Positions 1 through 10,500 of a DNA stretch of 64,000 nucleotides are shown here, piece after piece. Position 1 is the stretch's first letter, and the number at the start of each line of letters is the position of its first letter. Made by a program: the position numbers and the translations under genes. Location: the NCBI GenBank assembly GCA_018664825.1, contig JABJNO010000018.1:22722-86721 (forward strand), given 5' to 3'. This stretch comes from Candidatus Parcubacteria bacterium (GTDB lineage: Bacteria; Patescibacteriota; Patescibacteriia; UBA1558; GWA2-36-10). The notes beneath the pieces were generated by a model, which saw only the letters and a list, made by a program, of their open reading frames with translations, was not told the DNA's origin and made no database searches.

Positions 1-258
1 AATACCTCCACCCACCACCGCAACCAAAACAACTATCAGAAGAACCGAAATACCAACTACCTTTTGCTTTCCACCAACTGCTTTTTTGGGAGCGGCTGGC
101 AAAAATTTTTGCGGCATTATATGAACCTCTGAGTCATCAAGTTTGTTGGTGGCTGTAGCCACGCCTGCTTTGACACCCTTGCCATTTGCTTGGTCTTGAT
201 CAACAAATCCTTGCCCTACTTCTAAAATGTCTTTTTTCAATTCACTATTATCAAACAT
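1..258 (-). CDS. Partial (N-terminal) type-II membrane protein, paralog of the 262..1503 product; runs off the window edge
   Basis: The reverse-complement of 1..258 translates with no stops as MFDNSELKKDILEVGQGFVDQDQANGKGVKAGVATATNKLDDSEVHIMPQKFLPAAPKKAVGGKQKVVGISVLLIVVLVAVVGGGI. The ATG is at 256-258. The same MFD start and a following hydrophobic TM helix are seen in the upstream neighbor. This ORF is not in the supplied track. Confidence 0.45.
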   Translation of the reverse strand, partial: MFDNSELKKDILEVGQGFVDQDQANGKGVKAGVATATNKLDDSEVHIMPQKFLPAAPKKAVGGKQKVVGISVLLIVVLVAVVGGGI

Positions 259-261
259 ATA

Positions 262-1503
262 TTATTGTTCGTTTAAAAATGTAAAACTACTTAGCATTTC
301 TTGAAAAATTATCATGTACTCTGCGTTGGGCTCACCCGCCAAACTATAATCATAAATCAGTACAAAGAAATCCACTGTTCCTTCTTCTGCGGTTGGCCTG
401 AACAAAAGGACTCTATATCTATCTAAAGACATGTAAGCTGGCAAACCACCTATTGTATAATCTTCCCAAGAATCTTCTATCGCCAGATACTCTTGTTTTT
501 GTTCTTCTGTAAAATCTTGCATTCTGGCAGAGGTCACCCTTATGTGGTGTGATCCAATCCCAAAGACTCCTGGCCAAAATTGTACTTCTGACATATTATA
601 CCCTTCATCGGTAGAATCACTTTCGTAGATTGTCCAAGTTCCAGGTCTGTTGATAGAAAATCCAAAGTCTACATTTTGATGAGGAATATAAACCATATCA
701 TCACCACTAATTGTATCTATATCACCACCCCCTAACATACCCTCACCAAGTGGATTGTAGCCATTACCTACTTCTACTCCATCTTGATAGCCATCACCAT
801 CTGTATCGGCCTTATTTGGATCGGTGGCATATGTTTCTACCTCTTCATAATCTGTCAAACCATCCAGATCAGTGTCACTAATCAAAGGATTAGTGTTGTA
901 CTCGTTTACTTCCTGAGCATCAAATAGACCATCATTGTCTGTATCAGCATTGTTTATGTCTGTACCAAGACTTTTTTCTTCGGCATTGCTCAGCCCATCA
1001 AAATCATCATCAAAATCATTGTCATTTGTATTGTCATTTGTATTGGAATTATCTTCCGGAATATCATTGGTAACATTTATATTTTCTCCGCCAGTATCTT
1101 CGGTATTTTTATTCATAAAATAATACACTGCCCCGCCGGCCAAACCAAGGATAAAAATAACAATAATAATAGCTATTATTTTTTTGAGAGGACCTCCTCC
1201 ACCTCCATCAGCTACAATCATATCAGAAGCAGATGGTCCTGCGGGTGGTTGCCCCGGAGCTGGTGGTGGATTATTTTGAGAAATTGGAGTTATCTTGCCT
1301 GACTGAATAGCACTAGGTTTTTCTACTGCGCTTGCAGGAGCAGGATCAACATCAGCAAACATATCATCAATACCTCCTCCAACTGGTGCAGCCGGCGCTG
1401 CTGGCTGAGGAGTAGTTGGTTGAGGCGATACTGGTACTACTGGTTGAGGAGTAGTTGGTTGAGGAGTTTGTGTATTCTCGTCTTTTTTTAAATCATCAAA
1501 CAT
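262..1503 (-). CDS. Membrane-anchored protein with three thrombospondin type-3-like Ca-binding repeats (DTDxDGxxDxxE), a Pro/Thr/Gln-rich N-terminal tail and a C-terminal domain of unknown function
   Basis: The N-terminus carries PQPTTPQP repeats. There is one TM helix (IIAIIIVIFILGLAGGAVYYF). The repeats read DTDNDGLFDAQE, DTDLDGLTDYEE and DTDGDGYQDGVE. Confidence 0.6.
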   Translation of the reverse strand: MFDDLKKDENTQTPQPTTPQPVVPVSPQPTTPQPAAPAAPVGGGIDDMFADVDPAPASAVEKPSAIQSGKITPISQNNPPPAPGQPPAGPSASDMIVADGGGGGPLKKIIAIIIVIFILGLAGGAVYYFMNKNTEDTGGENINVTNDIPEDNSNTNDNTNDNDFDDDFDGLSNAEEKSLGTDINNADTDNDGLFDAQEVNEYNTNPLISDTDLDGLTDYEEVETYATDPNKADTDGDGYQDGVEVGNGYNPLGEGMLGGGDIDTISGDDMVYIPHQNVDFGFSINRPGTWTIYESDSTDEGYNMSEVQFWPGVFGIGSHHIRVTSARMQDFTEEQKQEYLAIEDSWEDYTIGGLPAYMSLDRYRVLLFRPTAEEGTVDFFVLIYDYSLAGEPNAEYMIIFQEMLSSFTFLNEQ

Positions 1504-1527
1504 AAATCTATTTATATAAATTATCTA

Positions 1528-4500
1528 TTAAATACCTGTGATTATATGGCGACAATATATAGTATTATTACCAAGACTACCTTCCCAAATAGGCATAGCT
1601 CCTGGCACCATGTGTCCCCAAGCTGGCGTACCATTTCCCCAGTAAGAATCTGTATCAGAATTCCACCAACCATCAGCCCAACCGAGTGTTATTGGAAGGT
1701 CCGGAGAATTCCAAGTAGGAGTATCGGCACCTGGATTATAAGTTACCTCACGCCAATCATTGGCAACGGTTTCTGATGGTGCGGTAGTTGTACAGTCCCA
1801 ATAAGGACTGCCTACATTTGTAGTAATACCATAGGACTCTGGTATGCATAAACTAGGCTTGTGCTCCCAATCATCCGTATCACCTTCATCAAAGGTTAAT
1901 TCAGTACTAGTATAATCTTTACACTCATCGTTATTCATACAGATATTCCCCTCACCATTACCCCCCGGATGAATACAATATCCTGGATCATGCGCCATAT
2001 CAACTGTACAATCCGGGACACTACTCGTACAAGTTTCTCCAGCATGTGAGCCCATATAACAAACACTTTGACAACGCATTGCCTGGCAAGAAAAACTCCC
2101 AACTATCCCAGCCGCACTACCGCCATCAGTAGCCTCAAAGGCAACTACGTTACCATTTGGATTATAATAGTTGAATACACCCGGAAAAGTAGTGTCATCA
2201 ATAAGAAACTCACAAGCTCCATCACCCGTTGCCTCAGCAAGTGGTTGTCCATAATCATCACATTGTTCCCAGTTGGTTCCTGTACCTACTGTTGTACCAT
2301 TTACATAAAGGGTAAAGCTATTATCAGCCATAAACTTGGCGTATAGTCTATTTTCTGTACAACAAGCGCCTTCGTACAAATCCTGACAATCATTGATACA
2401 AGTTACGGTACCAGCTACATATTGAGATGGATCATGCAAACGACAAGCTATTTCACCGTCACAAGCTTCTCCATGATAAGCTTGCACAATAGTATCACCG
2501 CAATATGGCCCTGAAGACTGACAGTCTATACCACAATAACCTGGGGAAGTAATACTATATACACCATTGTTAGATCCAGAATCACATATTTCACCATAAT
2601 CAGTAGTCCCGCCTGAACCATCCTGGGTAATACCATCACCACACCATCCTCCAAGGCCGGTACACATACTTCCTCCGCTATCATCACAATCATATTGATA
2701 TATTCTACCCAATTGCCAAAATACACCTGATTCATATGGAGTTGGAGAAAGGAAGTTGTGATAATCACATCCTTCATAATCTTCTTGGAATGTACCATCT
2801 CCACAATATCCTCCAGTAGTACCCGCACAATCATAACGACATTCGTATTGACTATCTATATCTGAGCTAGACACCGGAGTTATAGGGTAAAGAGGACTTG
2901 GCTCTAATGGTAATGGTAAGAAGAAGGAATCTCCTATATCACATATTTCACCATAATCAGTAGTCAAGCCTGAACCATCTTGGATAATACCATCACCACA
3001 CCAACCACCGTCGGTGGCTGTACAACGACCGTAGTCATTGCCAGTGGCAAAATCCTGATGTATACCTGACATACGACATTGATATTGTTCAAACTGACCT
3101 GTATATTCTCTTGGCGGTGTCACATAATCCGTGTCGCATAATTCATCAAAGGCATAATCAAATACTCCGTCACCACAATAATCATCTGTAAATTGACACT
3201 CAGTAGTACAACCATAAGTATTGGTAGGACCTGAAACATCTGGAGATGGCACGGTATATCCTACATAATCGCACTGCTCTCCTACTGGCTCTACTATACC
3301 ATTACCACAACTACCCAGATACGGCGTACCAGGTGAACAGACCACTGTACAACTACTTGTACAAACTACTTCTCCATGAGCAGGGGCATCTGCCGTACAA
3401 TCCCAGCCGCTTAATCCATCTGGGGAAGCTGATCCATCGCATTGTTCTATACCTTCTGTCCAAATATTATCACCACAAGCAGCGGCCGGAGTCATGTCAT
3501 TACAAACTGGTACACAAGAACGTCCTATTCCAGAATCACAGGTTGCAGTACCATTGCCTGCTGCACAAATATATTGAACACCCTCACATACTCCAGATGC
3601 ACTACAACTTTCACAAACTTCATCAAATGGCTGAACAAAGGTATCTCCGCAATATCCTCCACATTCGGCAGGAGTAAACGGTGGAGTTGGCTCTGTCCAT
3701 TGACACTCTACCAAAACTCCTCCCTCAATAGTTCCTGAAGGATTACAACCAATAGCTTGTTCATCCCACCAAGTAGCTCCAACTGGATTGACGGGTGACA
3801 TTGGGGCAGGAGGATTTGAACAACCCATTGTCCGGACATCTCTATCACAAGCTTCGCCAGGATCTATAATACCATTTCCACAATACGCACTTGTTGGAGT
3901 ACCCGGTGAATATGTTGAGAACCCGTCGCACTGTGGTAGTAGTCGAGCTATAATATTTTCAGTAGACTCACCAGCTCTATCCATGCCAGTAGGATTTGCT
4001 GGACCATTGTATAAAACAAGATCATAACGATATGGCACACCTCCTACAAACACAAAGGAGCCTGGTGTTTCTGTTTCAAAATTTGCACCTATTTCAAAGT
4101 CGATGCCTCCAACAGTATTTTCATATAAATATATTTGTGAATACTCTGTACAACCAAAAGTCAAAGTAGACTCATCCCAACATGTGTCTGGGTCAGCATC
4201 AGCACTCACACATCCATTAAATAAATTTACTGGATCAACTGGCAAAGAGGTTCCTAGATCTGAGCTAAGCTCCCCTTGCCAAGAAAGGGGCCATTTACTC
4301 GTTGACATACCATCAACAAAAGATCCGGAGGTAAGCAAAGGATAATAAGGAACACAACTTCCACCACCAGGACAAACGCCAGTCTCGGCACAATTATCAA
4401 TACTAGGATCATTGCTACAAGCCATATTATCTTCCCCATATTCTAAAATCTTTTCTTTTACACTCATCAATTCACCTAAACGCCTTGCATCACGCCTCAT

Positions 4501-7500
4501 CTTCTTTCCCAAAGATTCACAATAATCTCCTACATCTGGGCAATCAAAATCACTAGAACAAGCAGCGCCTGTACCGTTGCAGATATTAGTTCCTAGATCT
4601 AATCCTGAATTTTGATTAAATTCAAAATTTTCTAAAAGCTGATTGTATATCTCTTTAGTATCATCGCTAGCTCCCACATTGTGAGCTACCAAATAAATAT
4701 TTGTATAAATTGCTCCACCATTATAGTTTGTAGCAGCAACATAAGTAGTGGCTCCCACCTCTAGAGCTTCATAACCATCCACTTCTTTTAGAGTACCCTG
4801 ATCAGCTGGATAATCAAATTTTTTGTTATACCAATCTCTAATTGATGAATGTCCAAAGTTGCTCAACATCCTAACACTAATCAAATCAACTGTATCTGGA
4901 GGAGCTCCAGGTGTGACCGCAACGGGTCCAGCAAAACCAACATAGGCATAATTTGGCGGTCCTACGCAAGGAAAGATGCAATTTCTAGCTGCATAAACTT
5001 GATAATTATATGTTTGACCAGCTGTCACTCCAGTGTCTACCCACGTTTCTGTGTTGGCTGGTAAATTTGCTCTAAAACTATAACTTGGAGCCCCGTCTGG
5101 CCTCCTGTATACCCAAAAGGCTTCTTCTCTGGGACCTGAATCATTCCAATTCAATGTCACATCCACTTCAGAAGGGGTTGCTGTCAATCCCGTTGGCGGA
5201 AGAGGACTAAAGCCAGGCATTATAGCAGGCGGGAATGCTTCGGGCATTGAGCCTGGATAATTAGTTGTCTGGGCAAAAACAAAATTTGGTGTAAGCCAAC
5301 TAGCTATTTTATCTGTCAAAGATTTTGTGTTTGTTTGCGTATTATCTTCAAAAGCTAAGCTACCAAATCTATCAGCACCGCTGTCTGCATATACATTTAT
5401 CAAAAATAAATATTCTCCTAGATATTCTGGTGGATTAAAGTTTATCATTGTAGGTGGGTACGCCAAATAAGGCAAAGGAGTATCACCGTCTACACCAGTA
5501 TCATAACAATAATATGTTGAAAAATTATGCGCACCCTGAGTCCATGGATAACCAGCTAAACTTGGCCATGGATTTTCACACATAAACAACTCAATAATCG
5601 CAGAATCTGAACCAGAACCAGCATCAGTACTAGTAACATTTAAAGCTAAAACAAGATTTCCGTTGATAGGATTGGCCGTCAAATAAGTCTGTTGAGCGTC
5701 TGGTCCTATACCAACCAATGAACTACCCCCAATATCCCAATCAAATGTTAAAAATGTACCACTAAGCATATCGCCCCTAGCATCATAGACCAAGGCGTCA
5801 TATACATGCTGATTTCCAGCAACTCCGGTAAGCTCATCATCTATACAATCAGATCCACTGCAGTTGAACACATCAGATGGTGGGTCAATCTCCACAAAGC
5901 TGATCTGACAAATATGATCCCCGGTATCAAACATCCATCCATCTGCACCAAAGAGGTTGGGGAAAGTTATGGGACTAGCTGATAAATCCAAAGGCCTACC
6001 ATGTACGCTTAATATATTTGGAGCAACCATACTGACCGAGACCGTTTGATTGAAACCAAAATAATCACTTGGATTAAATATAGCCTCTGTTTCAAATACT
6101 CCATTGTTATCAGAATCTATTTTCCTAAGAACCCATGACCCTGGAACTTCGCACCAATACGAAGCTCCGTCAAAAAAACAACTTGTATCGGTTGATGGTC
6201 CTTCATATATTTTTATATTATTATTTATACTTTCACCATCCATTATCTCACTAAAGTGAATTGTGATGGCTGTATTTGGACATATATCCGTACCAAACAT
6301 CAGGGGCTCATAACTGATAATATAGGGATCAGTAAGACTTGAGGCTGACATATCAACATCAAAGATAGCTGTTTCAGCATGATTCACCGGTACTCCTGTA
6401 GTATTGTCAGTAATTGTTCCAACTATCGGAGCTAGACCAGTACCTGTTAGTAGTTGATTTCTAATATCAACACTCATTTGATCTGCGGGACCAAAAACAT
6501 CTGCAACCGGAACCTGCAAAGAAGTCCAATTATAGGTACACATACCAACTGGACATTGTACTGGTACAAGACCACAAGCACTATTGCTCATTGGCATTAT
6601 GTCATACTCCTCTACTTGACCAATGGTATCTGCAGTATGACTATCTGGGGTGACGTCTGCTCCGGTAATAGGACAATCTATATCACTAGTGCCAAATGTC
6701 CAACTATGTCCAGCAAAGGTATTTCCAAAATTATCCTCAAAACCAGCTGGTACAGTCACCGTGTAAGTCTCATTGACTAACAATGGAATATGATTGAGCA
6801 TAAGTCCAAATCCAGCAGCAATCCCTGTAAGAGGATTTCCTACATCTATATATTCAGTACCACTACTATCCTCAATACTAAATGACCCAATAACTGCAGC
6901 CAAAGTTGTGGCATTGGGTTGATTATTAAATGTAATAGTCACTGCCGAAGTCAGGCAAGCTGCACCACAGTTTGGAGTAAAGTCGGTAAAAGTAAAAATA
7001 TCTGAACTACCAATTATACTTACATCCAAAACTCCAGTATCCGCAAACACTTCTGGTGCCCCTCCGCTATTGTCTGTCAGTTGGAGTCCAATATTTGTAA
7101 AATCATCACCAACAATCAAAGTGGTAACAGCGTTGGTGGTTTGATTATTTATATTATTTATCAAAGCAACACTTGCATCACTTTCTGACCATGCATAATC
7201 ACAAGTACCGGCTGGGCAAGATACAGGGTACCAACCGCAACTACTATTATTGGCCATTGGCAAAGCACTGTATGGCACTATATCTCCAGGGGCAGTAGCA
7301 ACAATCGTCTCGTTGTCTGGATTGATAGATACATCTTCTATTGAGCACTCTTCTTCACCAGTTGTGAATACCCAGACAAAATCTGCACCCAGGGATTCAC
7401 TATAAATATTTTGTAAAGCGCCTGGTACTGTCACGGTATAAGTGTCATTAAAATTAAATGGAACAATACCATGTTCAATCTCTATGCTATTTGGACTCAA

Positions 7501-10500
7501 TTGAGTCACATTTGTTCTCCACTCTGTTCCTCCGCTGTCCCTAATATGAAAATCAGGTTCATTGGTAGTAATGCTAGCAAGTGGTATTGGAGAATTAAAT
7601 TCTACTACAACCATTGGATTACTACAGGCCCCATTACAATTTGGATCATAATCTATTATTTCCAAATCTACCGCATTGATGATTGGATTTGTAGCCCCGG
7701 TGTATGTCACAGTATCTATCATGGTACTAGCCTCCAAAGTCACATGATTGGGAGTTTCATTTTCTGTAGCATTGAGACCAGTCAAACCCGTAAGGCCTCT
7801 ACTGGTCATCAAGTTTGTAGTCGGACTAATAGAAGCATAAGGAGGGGCTGTGGCTGGCTCTGCTGTAATAGCCCAATCCCAATTATAATTTTCTCCACAC
7901 ATATTACAATTATCAGCTTGTGGGGAAGCATAAAATGATCTAGTTTGACCTATGTTTGTATCACCAGAGGGTGATTGTGGTGATATGGTCACTCCGCTCA
8001 CTGGACACATATCTGCCGTTGGCCTTGTTTTGAAATGCCAATCAGGAGCAGGATTAGCAACAGTAGGCCAAGTATCTCCACCTACTTCCGTGTTGAATCC
8101 AGGACCAGCCCCCATAACTATCCTATACCATGTATCTGGATTTAAATTAGCAGCAGTTGGATCAAATACTATACCTTCTCTATTGCTACCACTATTTATA
8201 ATACTCGAGGCACCTGGCACAGCTGTAGTGCAGGTAGCTGCTGAAAAAGCCCCGCCCACATTACACTCTGTAACCATGAAATTGGCAGGAATCAACAAAT
8301 CCGCATCTACGACATCCCTAGTAAATAAGGCTACTATATTTGTGCTCAAATATGCGTCTTCAGAATCATATCCATCCATATCATCTGGCCATGGAGATGG
8401 AGATTGCAAATTGTTACTACAATCATGTGAATAGGCAAGCCCAAAAGGATCTGCCTCGGTATTTAGTGTCCAAGTATAAGTACAAGTATTTAGACTTGAA
8501 CAGCCTCCAGCGGGAGCGCAGGTATTATCAGAACAGCACTCATCACCAAGTCCGTAGGCCTGGCAGTATGCATTGCTACCACCACAACTACCTACATTGA
8601 ACATCATAGAGTTTGAAGGCGTAGGTGAGGAATCATTTACCACCATCACTGATCCTGACTCAGCAAGACCAGGTACCGCCACTCCTTCTATATCATTATT
8701 GGCCCAAGAGCTTCCTGTGCCCCATGAATTTAAATTGAAATCAAAAACATCACTTGCTGCACCCAGAGTTCCAAAATTGTCACCAGCCAAATCTACCACT
8801 ACTCCACCGGCCGGTCCGTTGTCTGGGTGAAGATAACAAAGTCCTGGACCTGGTAGCCCAGCTGTTATATCAATCAAATAATCATTACTATCAATACCAT
8901 CGCTGGTAGTCACCCTAGCCACACGATCAATGCCAATACTAACTCCAGTAGGCACCTTTACTATAATCTGTGTATCCTGCCAAAAAGAGCTACTACATAT
9001 AGGAGGGAAAGTAAAATCCCCATTTATACCATCAAGTAACAATTGTCCTTGGGTATTTCCAAAGTTGACTCCACGGACAGTGAGGTATTGCCCTTCTGGA
9101 CCACCATCGGGAGTGATCTCTGTGATCCTAGGCAAACCGCTATCCACTGGTAAAGCAGAAAATGGAAAAGCATTACTAATATCTGTACCATTTTGCATAA
9201 CTACTCCTACCTCACCAATTACATTTGGTACATCTGGATTAGCCGTTGAATCATTTACTACATTTGTATTAGGACTAGTAAAGCCTCCGAAAATAGCCTC
9301 GCTACCAAGAAAACGTATACCGCGAACATTTACAGAGTCTTCATAAGATCCGGTTGGCGGAGTCAGTTGACAGATACCCGGTCTATTAAGAGAGTTGTCT
9401 GAATTGAATAAAACTGAATTACTACTAGCCACTCCATCTGACCTCTCTAAAGTCAGTTGCCCCGTGCCCGCTCCTACGGGTACAACTACTATCACAGCTG
9501 TGTCAGTCCAAAGATTACTACACAAACCACCAGTAAGGACACTTGGCCATTCATTTGGCACTACACCACCTGAACCATCGTCAAAATATACCTGTCCCTG
9601 AGCACAGCCTGTGTCTTCACAAAAATTACTACCATAGACGGTAACAAAATTACCCTCTTCACTGGTATCTGGAGAAATAGAAGAAATAAATGGATCTCCA
9701 CTAGCACCAGAACTGCCAGAAGAACACTCGGAATAAGCTGAGCAAGAATTACTATCACAACAACCAGAAAGGCATTCACCGTTGCCGCCACAAGTGACAT
9801 TGAACCAGGCTGGATTTGATGTGTCTACTCCGACTTGGACAGTGACGTCACTAGATAGTGCATCTGTAGGCACCGTCAGGGTGATCAAGTCATTTGCCCA
9901 AGAATGAGCAATATCTGCATTGTTATAAATATTTCGAACAAGCTCTGTACCAGACACAGGAGAAGTATTTATCAAAACCTGATCATCCGGCGGACCAAAG
10001 TTGTCACCTTCTATATCAAAAGAAAATGTACCAGGATCAGAAGGCCCTTGGCTTGGGTTGAGGCAAAATATACTAGGCTGAGGCCCTGAAGAATTTATAT
10101 TGAAGAAACTGCCAAAAGTATGGAAATCACCTGTCTGACTCGTGACGGTAACTGGATAGTTTCCTGGAGTGACATTTGGAACTATCACTACTGTCTTCCA
10201 ATATCCACTACCAACGCTGAGCTCATCCCACACTGGAGCTCCTCCACAAGTTGCTAGATCAGCTACATTACCAGAACCAAATTCTACCTGACTAGTACCT
10301 GCTACATAATTGTCAAAATGCCAACCACGGATAGTAACCGCTGAACCAACACCGTTTGTAAGTGGTGTTATTTCACAGATACGGACTTCATTTGGATTGG
10401 TCGGTCTTGCACAGGTGCCTCCTGTGGGTGGTAAAGTAACACTATTAGTATTACCACTATTACCTGCGCCTGTTTCATCGTATAAAGATTGTAAAATAAA

